A DNA stretch of 64,000 nt, from assembly GCA_015063955.1 (NCBI GenBank), contig SVTD01000002.1, positions 8,236-72,235 of the forward strand. Direction: 5' to 3'. Position numbers and translations under genes: made by a program. The DNA is from Oscillospiraceae bacterium (GTDB taxonomy: Bacteria; Bacillota; Clostridia; Oscillospirales; CAG-272). Below are positions 1 to 9,141 of this stretch, one piece after another; within the stretch, counting starts at the first letter, position 1, and every line of letters starts with the position of its first letter. Under the pieces are notes generated by a model, which ran no database searches, was not told where the DNA came from, and saw only the letters and a program-made list of their open reading frames with translations.

Positions 1-357
1 GACTTCTGCACAAAGACGAACGATGTCCTCGCCGGGATCGCTGATTGCGGGCATACCGGCGTCAGTAACGAGGGCGCAGGATTCACCTGCTTTGAGACGG
101 GATACTATGTATTCGCCGCGCTCTCGCTTGTTGTGCTCGAAGTAGCTGACAAAGGGCTTTGAGATGCCGAATCGGGAAAGAAGAAGGCCTGAGTTTCTCG
201 TGTCCTCCGCCGCAACGAAATCTACCTCGGAAAGCACCTTGATAGCTCTCTCCGAGAGGTCTGCAAGATTTCCGATAGGAGTGGCAACAAGATAAAGGGT
301 GCCGCCCTCAACCTTATTCTTTTCGGGGTTCATATCAGTGTGCTTTATGTTTTCCAT
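1..357 (-). CDS. rsmI: 16S rRNA (cytidine1402-2'-O)-methyltransferase RsmI, N-terminal part (gene runs off the window)
   Basis: Not in the ORF track because no stop lies in the window. My minus-strand translation from ATG 355-357 is MENIKHTDMNPEKNKVEGGTLYLVATPIGNLADLSERAIKVLSEVDFVAAEDTRNSGLLLSRFGISKPFVSYFEHNKRERGEYIVSRLKAGESCALVTDAGMPAISDPGEDIVRLCAEV. This is a typical RsmI/YabC N-terminus. It sits directly downstream of a yabB-like gene, as in Bacillus. Confidence 0.85.
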   Translation of the reverse strand, partial: MENIKHTDMNPEKNKVEGGTLYLVATPIGNLADLSERAIKVLSEVDFVAAEDTRNSGLLLSRFGISKPFVSYFEHNKRERGEYIVSRLKAGESCALVTDAGMPAISDPGEDIVRLCAEV

Positions 358-363
358 AGTACC

Positions 364-1128
364 TCAAAATAAATGCTCAAGAGAGCAGGTTTCATAAACT
401 TTTTCCATATCCTCGGTGTATTCGCGGGTGCCTTTTTTGTAAATTATCAAGGGCTTTGACATAGTTACCGCGCCCGATGCGCCTTTTTTTGCCTCACAAA
501 GCACGAGGCAGGGCTTTGATGATTCATCAGGGTAAACGGTAACGAGCTTTTTAGGCTCGAGAGAGGCGCTTCTGAGGGCGCAGATAAGGTCGATAAGTCT
601 GTCGGGGCGGTAGACAGTGTAAAAAAGTCCGCCGTACTTTAAAAGTCTCGAGGCCGAGGCGCAGAAATCCTCGATGGTGCCGTTAAGCTCGCGGCGGGCG
701 ATATTCATTTCCTCGCTCCTTGTGCCGAATCCCCCCTCAGCCTTCATATAAGGAGGATTTGAGATAACGACGTCAAGTGAGCCGAAGGTGTCCTTATCGC
801 CGATGTCCCTTACGTCTCCCGAAAGAACGGTGAGCCTTGCATCGAGATAGTTCAGCTTTGCGTTTCTGCGTATAAGCTCGGCATAGTAGGGCTGTATCTC
901 TGCGGCGTACATATAGCTTGTTTTATTCTTTGTAAGGCAGAGAAGGGAGGCAACTCCCGTGCCGCTGCCGAGGTCTGCTCCGCGACCTGCGCGCTCCTTT
1001 ACGAATGCCGCCAGAAGATAGGCATCCGTGCCGAAGGTCAGCCCTCGCTTGAGCTGGATAAGGGAGAGATCCTCATTTATATAGTCAAGCCTTTCATCAG
1101 GTGAAAGGGTATAATTCTTTTCAGTCAT
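364..1128 (-). CDS. SAM-dependent methyltransferase, YabB/TrmN6-like (tRNA1(Val) adenine-N6 methyltransferase family)
   Basis: 254 aa ORF with a GxGxG SAM-binding stretch (DLGSGTGVASL) and an NPPY catalytic motif (ISNPPYMK). Its position between the ricT cluster and rsmI matches B. subtilis yabB. Confidence 0.75.
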   Translation of the reverse strand: MTEKNYTLSPDERLDYINEDLSLIQLKRGLTFGTDAYLLAAFVKERAGRGADLGSGTGVASLLCLTKNKTSYMYAAEIQPYYAELIRRNAKLNYLDARLTVLSGDVRDIGDKDTFGSLDVVISNPPYMKAEGGFGTRSEEMNIARRELNGTIEDFCASASRLLKYGGLFYTVYRPDRLIDLICALRSASLEPKKLVTVYPDESSKPCLVLCEAKKGASGAVTMSKPLIIYKKGTREYTEDMEKVYETCSLEHLF

Positions 1129-1150
1129 AATGATCCTTTACAAAGTCATA

Positions 1151-1172
1151 AGGCGGAGCTTTGCTCCGCCTT
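1151..1172 (-). terminator. Hairpin downstream of the ferredoxin gene (weak or partial terminator)
   Basis: aggcggagc-tttg-ctccgcct gives a 9-bp GC-rich stem. On the minus strand the trailing U-tract is poor, so read-through into the methyltransferase gene is likely. Confidence 0.35.
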
Positions 1173-1192
1173 TGATGATTGTAATTATTAAA

Positions 1193-1363
1193 TTACTCAG
1201 CAACAGGTGCGTCTACGGGACAAGCATCTGCACATGCTCCGCAATCGAGGCATGCATCAGCGTCGATAACGTAGATGCCGTCGCCCTCGGAGATAGCCTC
1301 AACGGGGCACTCGGAAGCGCAAGCGCCGCAAGCGATGCATGCATCAGTAATCTTGTAAGCCAT
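1193..1363 (-). CDS. 2x[4Fe-4S] ferredoxin (56 aa), missed by the ORF track
   Basis: My minus-strand translation is MAYKITDACIACGACASECPVEAISEGDGIYVIDADACLDCGACADACPVDAPVAE. It has two CxxCxxCxxxCP motifs typical of clostridial ferredoxins. A GGAGG RBS lies upstream (ccgtaaggaggattttacccATG). The 79-aa plus-strand ORF 1130..1369 is its antisense shadow. Confidence 0.88.
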   Translation of the reverse strand: MAYKITDACIACGACASECPVEAISEGDGIYVIDADACLDCGACADACPVDAPVAE

Positions 1364-1428
1364 GGGTAAAATCCTCCGTAAGTATTATATTTGTCTGAAG
1401 CCTGGGCTTCAGACTATGTTACGAGTTG

Positions 1429-1456
1429 ATTATAGCACACATTCCGTCAAATGCAA
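1429..1456 (-). promoter_or_regulatory. Sigma-A-type promoter for the ferredoxin gene
   Basis: The minus strand reads TTGCAT-16 nt-TGcTATAAT (extended -10). It is followed by a 10-bp leader hairpin (plus strand 1394-1415, gtctgaagcc/ggcttcagac). Confidence 0.5.
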
Positions 1457-1483
1457 ATACTTTTTTGAAAAAATTAAAAAAAA

Positions 1484-2419
1484 TTAATTTCCATCATCGG
1501 AAGAGTCTGCAGGCTGAGGGTCCTTTTTCTTCTGATCGTGTTTTTGGATAACGGTGAGGCTGTCGCGGTGATATGATTTGATCATGTCTCCGTTCTTGGA
1601 TGGAATGAGTACTCTGCACATTCCGGAAAGGGGAGAGATCTCCTTAACGAAGCCAACGCCGTCAGGAGTTGATACCTTTGAATCAACGGGAGGAGTACGT
1701 CGGAGCTCTTCCTCGTAGACCTCGCTTTCATATCTGAGACAGCACATAAGTCTTCCGCAGGTGCCGGAGATCTTTGCGGAATTTAAGCTGAGATTCTGCT
1801 CCTTTGCCATCTTTATGGATACCTGAACGAAATCGGAAAGGAAGGATGAACAGCAGAAGGGACGTCCGCAAACGCCGATACCGCCCATCATCTTTGCCTC
1901 GTCGCGGATACCGATCTGACGAAGCTCGATACGGGTGTGGAAAACGGATGCGAGATCCTTGACAAGCTCTCTGAAATCTACGCGACCCTCGGAGGAAAAA
2001 TAGAAAAGGAGCTTTGAGTTGTCAAAGGTATATTCAGCCTCGATAAGCTTCATATCAAGCTTGTGCTTTGCGATCATCCTTATGCAGGTCTCAAAGGCGC
2101 TCTTTTCAAGCTGCTTGTTAGATTCCCAGCGGCGTACGTCGTCCTCGGTAGCGGCTCTTTCAACGCTGCGGAGGGGCTGAACGATATCCTTGCCCAGAAC
2201 CTTTTTGTTGGATGCGGCGATAAAGCCGAACTCAAGACCGCGTGCAGTCTTGACGATAACGTTATCGCCTATCTCGTAATCCTTCTTTTCGGGGGAAAAG
2301 TAGTAAATCTTTCCCGCGTCCTTGAATTTAACGCCGACTACCTCAACGGGCTCATCGGGAAGTATTTCTTTTGTAACTTCGTTTTCTATATTATTGTTCA
2401 TCTGTCGATTTCCTTTCAT
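1484..2419 (-). CDS. ricT: PSP1-domain protein RicT/YaaT (stage 0 sporulation / RNase Y maturation complex component)
   Basis: 311 aa with a PSP1 C-terminal-type region and a Cys cluster (GVCGRPFCCSSFL...GTCGRLMCCLRYE). The start overlaps the holB stop (ATGA at 2416-2419). The holB-yaaT order is as in Bacillus. Confidence 0.85.
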   Translation of the reverse strand: MKGNRQMNNNIENEVTKEILPDEPVEVVGVKFKDAGKIYYFSPEKKDYEIGDNVIVKTARGLEFGFIAASNKKVLGKDIVQPLRSVERAATEDDVRRWESNKQLEKSAFETCIRMIAKHKLDMKLIEAEYTFDNSKLLFYFSSEGRVDFRELVKDLASVFHTRIELRQIGIRDEAKMMGGIGVCGRPFCCSSFLSDFVQVSIKMAKEQNLSLNSAKISGTCGRLMCCLRYESEVYEEELRRTPPVDSKVSTPDGVGFVKEISPLSGMCRVLIPSKNGDMIKSYHRDSLTVIQKHDQKKKDPQPADSSDDGN

Positions 2420-3408
2420 ACCGCAGAAGCGGCGAGGGTGGTCATAACGGCATAGATCTGGGCGTTGTGCTTTGTAATATCGTCCTTTGCGGCAGTAAGA
2501 GCTTCGTATATTTTTGCAAGCTTTGTAAGCTTTGTGCGGCTTGCCAGGTTACGTGCGGTTTCGCTGTCAGCATAATACGTGGTCGTATCGCTGTTGCATT
2601 TTGCGCTTATAAGATCTCTGACGGCAAAGAGAGCGTATTCGAAAAACTCTTCAAATTCGCCCCTTGAATACTTGATGCCGGATGCGAAAATTATAGCATC
2701 TGAAGGCGAGCCCGTGCAAAGCAGCTCGATAAGCCTTGCCGCATCCTTCGAAATAGAGGTGCTATGGGAGTTCTTTTCCGAGAGCGTAGAGAGTGCTTTG
2801 CCGAGAGAGCCCCGTCCGACGGCGCATGCATCGGCGATCTCCTCATCGGATGCATTCTTTGCAAGAGGGTGGCTTCTCAGCCATTTGGCACAGAACTCTG
2901 TGGAAAAGACTTCTGTTTTTAAGCTTTGAGCGCGGCTTCTTACAGTTTCAAGAAGGGATGTGGAGTCGTCTGTGAGAAGGAGAAAAACAACGTAAGAGGG
3001 CGGCTCCTCAAGAGAGAGAAGAAGAGCGTTTTGCGCCTGTGGAGTCATTTTTTCAGCTTCCTCGATGATATAGACTTTGTTGTCACCGTCATCGGGATAG
3101 TATCCGAGGGTGTCTGTCATCCGGCGGACGTCATCAACCGAGATAGAAGCCTTATCTCCCTTGGTAAGGGTGAAGATATCGGTATCGTAGCCGTCTTCTA
3201 TTCTTTTGCAGCTTCTGCAATTGCCGCAGGGGAGACTGTGCGATGGATCCTCACAGGAGAGAGCCTTACATATCTCCTTTGCAACAGTGCGCTTTCCGCT
3301 GCCCTTAGGTCCCTCAATAATATAAGCGTGGGATAAGGTCTTGCTTCTGATATGAGAAGCGATAAGAGACTTCATGCCGTCGTTTCCGATGATTCTGTCA
3401 AAATCCAT
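2416..3408 (-). CDS. holB: DNA polymerase III subunit delta' (HolB)
   Basis: 330 aa. It has an AAA+ clamp-loader N-terminus (HAYIIEGPKGSGKRT), a zinc module (CGNCRSCKRIE) and an SRAQ-type sensor (TVRSRAQ). Confidence 0.85.
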   Translation of the reverse strand: MDFDRIIGNDGMKSLIASHIRSKTLSHAYIIEGPKGSGKRTVAKEICKALSCEDPSHSLPCGNCRSCKRIEDGYDTDIFTLTKGDKASISVDDVRRMTDTLGYYPDDGDNKVYIIEEAEKMTPQAQNALLLSLEEPPSYVVFLLLTDDSTSLLETVRSRAQSLKTEVFSTEFCAKWLRSHPLAKNASDEEIADACAVGRGSLGKALSTLSEKNSHSTSISKDAARLIELLCTGSPSDAIIFASGIKYSRGEFEEFFEYALFAVRDLISAKCNSDTTTYYADSETARNLASRTKLTKLAKIYEALTAAKDDITKHNAQIYAVMTTLAASAV

Positions 3409-3444
3409 AATAGCAGTCTCCTTTCACTTTCACATACGAAATTT

Positions 3445-3473
3445 ATTATACCATCCCGATCATTCTTTGTCAA
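3445..3473 (-). promoter_or_regulatory. Consensus sigma-A promoter for the holB-ricT operon
   Basis: The minus strand reads TTGACA-17 nt-TATAAT with a TGg extension (tttgacaaagaatgatcgggatggtataat). Confidence 0.6.
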
Positions 3474-3569
3474 ACATATTAAAGTGGAAAGTTAAATAAA
3501 TTTCGGTACAAAATACAAATGGGATCTGAATAAAAGCAGGGGACAATAACAGTAGCTTGCCGCAGTGTT

Positions 3570-4211
3570 ATGAATACTACGAAAATATGCATAAAAGCCA
3601 TAGCAGTACTGACGGGTATCGGGATTGCCGTTTCGGCATACGGATGCCACGCTTTATCTGCATTTGCCGAAAATAATCCGCGCGAAAACCGGATTTTAGT
3701 CAAAGGAATAACAGAGGGTGATATTGCCAAACGTGAGGCCGGTAATGTGGTATTTGGCAAAAGCATAAAAGGCAAATATGCCGGAAAATACAAGGAAATG
3801 CCGTTTTTAGTCAAAGGCATAAAATACAATTGCATAGAATCCGAAAGCAGGCTTGTGCTTTATATTTCCAATCAAAAAATGGTCTACAGTACACCTGCCG
3901 AAATCTGTATATATTTTTCCTACAGTTGCCAAATAGGAGAAAAAAGACTGACCTTGGAGATGTGCGAGGAGTCTGCAAGAAAAGGGATATACACTGCCTT
4001 TTCGGGAATGCGCGGTATAAGGATAACGGAATGCATCCTTTCCGAATACGATGAAAAAATTTGCTCGTTCACAGTAAGAACCAATTACACAAAGGATGCC
4101 GAAGTAAAAATATCCGTAAGAAGGGATACCGGCTCGATAATTCTTTTTGATGCTTTGGACTCGGAGACGACTGTTTTAGCATTGTGTACGGAAAAGGGAT
4201 GGCATTATTAA
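3570..4211 (+). CDS. Hypothetical secreted protein
   Basis: 213 aa with an N-terminal signal-like segment (KAIAVLTGIGIAVSAYGCHALSAFA). I recognise no family. Codon usage (AAA over AAG, more A/T) looks slightly atypical for the window. Confidence 0.45.
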   Translation: MNTTKICIKAIAVLTGIGIAVSAYGCHALSAFAENNPRENRILVKGITEGDIAKREAGNVVFGKSIKGKYAGKYKEMPFLVKGIKYNCIESESRLVLYISNQKMVYSTPAEICIYFSYSCQIGEKRLTLEMCEESARKGIYTAFSGMRGIRITECILSEYDEKICSFTVRTNYTKDAEVKISVRRDTGSIILFDALDSETTVLALCTEKGWHY

Positions 4212-4313
4212 TAAAGTTTTTACTTTATATTTATTAATATTCGCAAATTTATGTTGAATATCGGGCGCGTTTGTGGTATATTAAAATGTAAAAGTAAATT
4301 CTTGGAGGCGCTA

Positions 4314-5426
4314 ATGAATATAGGTATCGTAGGATTCGGCGGTATGGGAAAAACTCATGCTTATGCCGTTGAAAATCTTAAATATTTCTATTCTCCTCTC
4401 GATTTTTCTGCTAAGGTTCTCGGCGTATGCTGTGCTCATTTTGAAAAGGCAGAGGCGGCCTGCAAGGTTTTCGGATTTGAAAAGGCCTACAGAGATGAGG
4501 ATGAGCTTATAGCTGATCCCTGTATTGATATCGTTGATATCTGTACGCCTAATCACCTTCATTATGAAACCTTGAAAAAGGCGATCGCCGCAGGAAAGCA
4601 TATCTACTGCGAAAAGCCTCTTTGCATAACCGATGCCCAGGCTCAGGAGATTGCCGCTATGGCAAGGGAGAAGGGAATTATCTGCGCTGTGGTTTTCAAT
4701 ACGAGATTCCTCCTTCCCGTTCTTCGTGCAAAGGAGCTTGTGGAGTCCGGCAGGATAGGAGATGTCCTCAGCTTCTCCGGCAGATTTCTCCATTCCAGCG
4801 CCGCCGATCCAGAACGACGTGCCGGCTGGAAGCAGAACCGTGAGATCTGCGGCGGCGGAGTGCTTTTTGATCTCGGCAGCCATACCATCGATCTTATCCG
4901 CTGGATCTGCGGAGAATTCAGGTCGGTTTCAGGACTTTCACAGATCGCGTATCCCACCCGTCTCGGTATGAACGGTGAGGAGTGGCAGACCAATGCCGAT
5001 GAGGCGTTTTATATGACGGCAACCCTTGAGTGCGGTGCTTGCGGAACCATTGCCGTGGGCAAGATAATGGCAGGCACGAACGACGATCATTCCTTTGAGA
5101 TCTACGGAACGAAGGGAAGCGTAGCCTTTGATCTTATGCAGCCTAACTTTCTCAGATTTTACGATGCAACAGCTCCGGAATCCGAGAGAGGCTACACGAA
5201 TATCGAGTGCTGCGGCAGATACCCCGCGCCCTCCGGAGTTTTCCCCGGGGTAAAGGCTCCCGTGGGCTGGCTTCGCGGTCACGTTGGAAGTATGTATAAT
5301 TTCCTTGACTGCGTTCATCGCGGCGTGCCCTGCGCCCCCTCCTTTGACGACGGTGCGGCAGTACAGAGGATAATGGAGGCAGCGTACCTTTCGGCAGAAA
5401 AGGGCGCAAGGGTTGATATAAAATGA
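4314..5426 (+). CDS. Gfo/Idh/MocA family NAD(P)-dependent oxidoreductase
   Basis: Rossmann N-terminus MNIGIVGFGGMGKTH and an EKPL motif (YCEKPLC). I moved the start to ATG 4314, which is preceded by GGAGG. The ORF-track start 4251 has no RBS. Confidence 0.8.
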   Translation: MNIGIVGFGGMGKTHAYAVENLKYFYSPLDFSAKVLGVCCAHFEKAEAACKVFGFEKAYRDEDELIADPCIDIVDICTPNHLHYETLKKAIAAGKHIYCEKPLCITDAQAQEIAAMAREKGIICAVVFNTRFLLPVLRAKELVESGRIGDVLSFSGRFLHSSAADPERRAGWKQNREICGGGVLFDLGSHTIDLIRWICGEFRSVSGLSQIAYPTRLGMNGEEWQTNADEAFYMTATLECGACGTIAVGKIMAGTNDDHSFEIYGTKGSVAFDLMQPNFLRFYDATAPESERGYTNIECCGRYPAPSGVFPGVKAPVGWLRGHVGSMYNFLDCVHRGVPCAPSFDDGAAVQRIMEAAYLSAEKGARVDIK

Positions 5427-6049
5427 CAAAAGATATTCTTGTTATCGGTCTTTGCGGAAGAAGCGGCAGCGGAAAGGGCTACGTTTGCGAGAGATTCTCT
5501 GCCTTCGGCATCCCCTCCGTCGATACCGATAAGGTCTACAGAGAGATACTTGAAAAAGAGGGAAGTCAGTGCCTTGCAGAGCTTGTAGCTGAGTTTGGAA
5601 AGGATATCCTTTCTGAGGGAAAGCTTGACCGACGCGCCCTCAGCGCTATAGTGTTTGCTCCCGGTAACGAAAATAAGCTTGAAAGGCTTAACGCTATAAC
5701 ACATAAATACATACTGAGTGAAACCAACGAAAGGATAGAGTCCTACAAAAAAAACGGGTGCAGAGCCGTTCTTGTCGATGCTCCCGTGCTTTTTGAAAGC
5801 GGATTTGATTCCATATGTGATTTTACCCTTTGCGTAACCGCGCCCGACAGCGTATGCGTTGAGCGAATATGCGCAAGGGATTCGAGAACGAAAGAGGAGG
5901 CTCTCAGCCGTCTTGCAAATCAGAAAAGTGCAGACGAGCTGAGAAGGCTTTGCTCCTTTGAAATAGTAAATGACGGAGAGGCCGACGTTTTGGCGCAGGT
6001 GCTCGAGGTCATAAATAAGCTTGGGGCAGGAGGAAAAGATGAAGAATAA
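5423..6049 (+). CDS. coaE: Dephospho-CoA kinase
   Basis: 208 aa with P-loop GLCGRSGSGKG, and the length and pattern are typical of CoaE. The start overlaps the upstream stop. Confidence 0.85.
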   Translation: MTKDILVIGLCGRSGSGKGYVCERFSAFGIPSVDTDKVYREILEKEGSQCLAELVAEFGKDILSEGKLDRRALSAIVFAPGNENKLERLNAITHKYILSETNERIESYKKNGCRAVLVDAPVLFESGFDSICDFTLCVTAPDSVCVERICARDSRTKEEALSRLANQKSADELRRLCSFEIVNDGEADVLAQVLEVINKLGAGGKDEE

Positions 6050-6611
6050 AGCGGTAATGCGCAGCATAGTTATTATTTCCATACTCCTTTTGTCAATTCT
6101 TTGCGGTCTTCTTTTCCAGCTTATATGGGATGCTGTGGACCGTGTTAACTACCCTCAGGATTACAGTGATTTCGTTGAGGTATATGCCTACAAATACGGT
6201 GTGCCCGAATACGTCGTTTATTCAGTCATAAAGGTGGAAAGTAATTTTGAATCGGGTGCCGTCTCGGAGGCGGGGGCTGTAGGTCTTATGCAGCTTATGC
6301 CTGAGACCTTCGTGTGGCTCACGACGGAAAACGGAGAGAATCTTAATTCCGCCACCCTCTACGATCCCGAAACGAATATAAAGTACGGCACCTATTATCT
6401 GTCTCAGCTTTATCTGCGCTTCGGCACCTGGGACGAGGTATACGCCGCATATAATGCAGGCCCCACAAAGGTGGATGAATGGCTTGAAAGCAAGGAATAT
6501 TCCGAAAACGGAAAAACTCTTGACGAGATCCCCTATAAGGAAACTGAGAAATACGTCAAGAAATTAAATAAAGCAAACGATATTTATAAAAAATTATATT
6601 ATGAGGACTAA
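6039..6611 (+). CDS. Lytic transglycosylase (SLT domain), membrane-anchored
   Basis: It has an N-terminal TM segment and SLT motifs (VIKVESNF ... AVGLMQLMP ... YNAG). The start is set at ATG 6039 after GGAGGA. Confidence 0.8.
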   Translation: MKNKAVMRSIVIISILLLSILCGLLFQLIWDAVDRVNYPQDYSDFVEVYAYKYGVPEYVVYSVIKVESNFESGAVSEAGAVGLMQLMPETFVWLTTENGENLNSATLYDPETNIKYGTYYLSQLYLRFGTWDEVYAAYNAGPTKVDEWLESKEYSENGKTLDEIPYKETEKYVKKLNKANDIYKKLYYED

Positions 6612-6625
6612 GAAAGGAAAAAATC

Positions 6626-8032
6626 ATGTCTGAGAAAACAAAAGCACAGCTCCTTGCAGATGAGCTCTTTTATAAGAAAAAGTCTGCTTTTGAAACAATG
6701 AGTGAGGAGGATCGCGCAACAGCATACAAGTATGCAGACGAGTATGCCGAGTACCTCTATAATTCCAAGACAGAGCGCGAGGCGGTAGCGGCCTCCATCG
6801 AGATCCTTAAGAATGCGGGATACGTTGAGTATACCCTCGGCGACAGCCTTCAGGTTGGCGGTAAGTACTATCTCAATAACCGTGAAAAGGCACTTTTCGC
6901 CTTCAGAGTAGGTACAGATAATATCGATAACGGCGTTCGTATCTGCGGCGCTCATATCGACTCCCCCCGTCTTGATTTAAAGCCCAATCCCCTTTATGAG
7001 GATAACGGCTTCGGCTACCTCAAGACCCACTATTACGGCGGTATCCGTAAGTATCAGTGGCCCACTATCCCCCTTGCACTTCACGGTGTTGTAACAAAGA
7101 AGGGCGGAGAGACTGTAGAGGTCAATATCGGTGAGGATGCGGGCGATCCCGTATTCATGATCACAGACCTTCTCCCCCACCTTGCACGCGAGCAGGGAAA
7201 GACTCCCCTCGGTCAGGCCTTCGGCGGCGAGATACTCAATATGGTTATCGGATGCAGCCCCTATATGGAGGACGGCAAGGTAGCAGAGGGCGAGGCTATC
7301 AAGCTCAACCTTATGAGAATGCTTAACGAGAAGTACGGCATCGTTGAGGCTGACTTCCTCACAGCAGAGCTTTGCGCAGTTCCCGCAGGTAAGCCTATGG
7401 ATATCGGTCTTGACAGATGCCTTATGGGTGCATACGGTCACGACGATAAGGTTTGTGCATATCCCGCACTTACAGCTCTCCTTAATAACCCCACAGACAA
7501 GAATACCGTTATCTGCGTTCTTGCCGATAAGGAAGAGACAGGAAGCGACGGTGTTTCCGGTATGCAGAGCACGCTTCTTGCAGAGCTTATCGATGAGATA
7601 GCAAAGGCTCTCGGCGGAAACGGCAACCTTTGCCGCAGCCGTTCTATGTGCCTTTCCGCAGACGTTAACGCAGGCTTTGATCCCAGCTACGCAGAGGTAT
7701 TTGAAAAGAGAAATGCCGCTATCGTTAACTGCGGCGTTGTAATGACAAAGTACACAGGCAGCGGCGGTAAGTATTCCACAAACGACGCAGGTGCGGAGTT
7801 CATCGGCAAGATGCGCGATATTTTCGACAGCGAGGGCGTTCTCTGGCAGTCTGCAGAGATGGGTAAGATCGACATCGGCGGCGGCGGAACAATTGCCAAG
7901 TACGTTGCAAACCACAACATTGACACAGTTGACCTCGGTGTTCCCGTTCTTTCCATGCACGCTCCCATCGAGATCATCTCAAAGCTCGACCTTTACGAGA
8001 CATATAAGGCGTTCCTTGCTTTCTGTAAATAA
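6626..8032 (+). CDS. M18-family aminopeptidase
   Basis: 468 aa with GAHIDSPRLDLKPNP, the metal-ligand region HDDKVCAY and EETGS, all typical of M18 (aminopeptidase I / aspartyl aminopeptidase-like) enzymes. Confidence 0.8.
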   Translation: MSEKTKAQLLADELFYKKKSAFETMSEEDRATAYKYADEYAEYLYNSKTEREAVAASIEILKNAGYVEYTLGDSLQVGGKYYLNNREKALFAFRVGTDNIDNGVRICGAHIDSPRLDLKPNPLYEDNGFGYLKTHYYGGIRKYQWPTIPLALHGVVTKKGGETVEVNIGEDAGDPVFMITDLLPHLAREQGKTPLGQAFGGEILNMVIGCSPYMEDGKVAEGEAIKLNLMRMLNEKYGIVEADFLTAELCAVPAGKPMDIGLDRCLMGAYGHDDKVCAYPALTALLNNPTDKNTVICVLADKEETGSDGVSGMQSTLLAELIDEIAKALGGNGNLCRSRSMCLSADVNAGFDPSYAEVFEKRNAAIVNCGVVMTKYTGSGGKYSTNDAGAEFIGKMRDIFDSEGVLWQSAEMGKIDIGGGGTIAKYVANHNIDTVDLGVPVLSMHAPIEIISKLDLYETYKAFLAFCK

Positions 8033-8067
8033 CGCCTTGGGCGATATTTCAGAAAAGAGGAATATAA

Positions 8068-9141
8068 ATGCTGAATAAACTTAAAGAAGTTAAAGAAAGA
8101 TATCTTGAGATAGAGAGGCTTATCTCTCTTCCCGAAACCGTTTCGGATAATAACCTTTATAAAAAGCTTATGAAGGACTATAAGGACCTCACCCCCGTGA
8201 TGGAAAAGTACGGAGAGTATGAAAAAATGCTCTCCGACCTTTCCGGGGCGGAGGAGCTTATGAATCTTGAAACGGACCCCGATATGAAGGAAATGGCTGC
8301 AGAGGAGTACTACGCCATAAAGGACTCACTTCCCGCAGTTGAGGAGGAATTAAAGATCCTCCTTCTTCCGAAGGACCCTAACGACGATAAAAACGTCGTA
8401 GTTGAGATCCGCGCAGGTGCGGGCGGTGATGAGGCGGCGCTTTTTGCAGGCGTGCTTTACAGAATGTACTCAATGTACGCCGAAAGCCACAGGTATAAAC
8501 TGGAGCTTATGTCCGCAAACGAAACCGGTCTCGGAGGCTATAAGGAAATTACCTTTACCTTGTCGGGAGAGGGTGCATATTCAAGACTTAAATACGAATC
8601 GGGAGTTCACCGCGTTCAGCGAGTTCCCGAAACGGAATCCTCAGGCAGGATCCATACATCAACCGCAACGGTAGCAGTTCTTCCCGAGGCGGAGGACGTT
8701 GAGGTTGAGCTTAACATGGGCGACCTTGAGATAGAGACCTGCAAATCAAGCGGCGCAGGCGGACAGCATATCAATAAAACTGAGTCTGCCATCCGCATCC
8801 TCCATAAGCCTACGGGCATCGTCGTTGAGTGCCAGGACGAGAGAAGCCAGCACAAAAATAAGGATAAGGCCCTCAAAATCCTTCGCGCAAAGCTTTACGA
8901 TATGAAGATGCGGGAGCAGGCGGATAAGATAGCAGGCGAAAGAAAAATGCAGGTAGGTACGGGTGACCGCAGTGAACGAATCCGCACCTACAATTTCCCC
9001 CAGGGAAGAATATCAGACCACAGAATACAGCTTACACTTTATACACTTGAGTCATTTGTTAACGGAGAGATCGATGAGGTGATCGATGCTCTCGCTACAG
9101 CAGACGCAGCAGAAAAACTGAAAGGCGGACAGGACACGTGA
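8068..9141 (+). CDS. prfA: Peptide chain release factor 1
   Basis: 357 aa with the GGQ motif (SGAGGQHINKTESA) and the RF1-type PxT tripeptide (PET, in RVPETESSGR). Confidence 0.95.
   Translation: MLNKLKEVKERYLEIERLISLPETVSDNNLYKKLMKDYKDLTPVMEKYGEYEKMLSDLSGAEELMNLETDPDMKEMAAEEYYAIKDSLPAVEEELKILLLPKDPNDDKNVVVEIRAGAGGDEAALFAGVLYRMYSMYAESHRYKLELMSANETGLGGYKEITFTLSGEGAYSRLKYESGVHRVQRVPETESSGRIHTSTATVAVLPEAEDVEVELNMGDLEIETCKSSGAGGQHINKTESAIRILHKPTGIVVECQDERSQHKNKDKALKILRAKLYDMKMREQADKIAGERKMQVGTGDRSERIRTYNFPQGRISDHRIQLTLYTLESFVNGEIDEVIDALATADAAEKLKGGQDT

Noticed and set aside
1130-1369. A 79-aa plus-strand ORF from the track
   Set aside because: It is antisense to a textbook 2x[4Fe-4S] ferredoxin gene on the minus strand. 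The plus-strand product has no motifs.
8068-9141. Possible programmed frameshift in the release-factor gene
   Set aside because: This is prfA (RF1; PxT-type tripeptide PET, single uninterrupted ORF). The autoregulatory +1 frameshift belongs to prfB.
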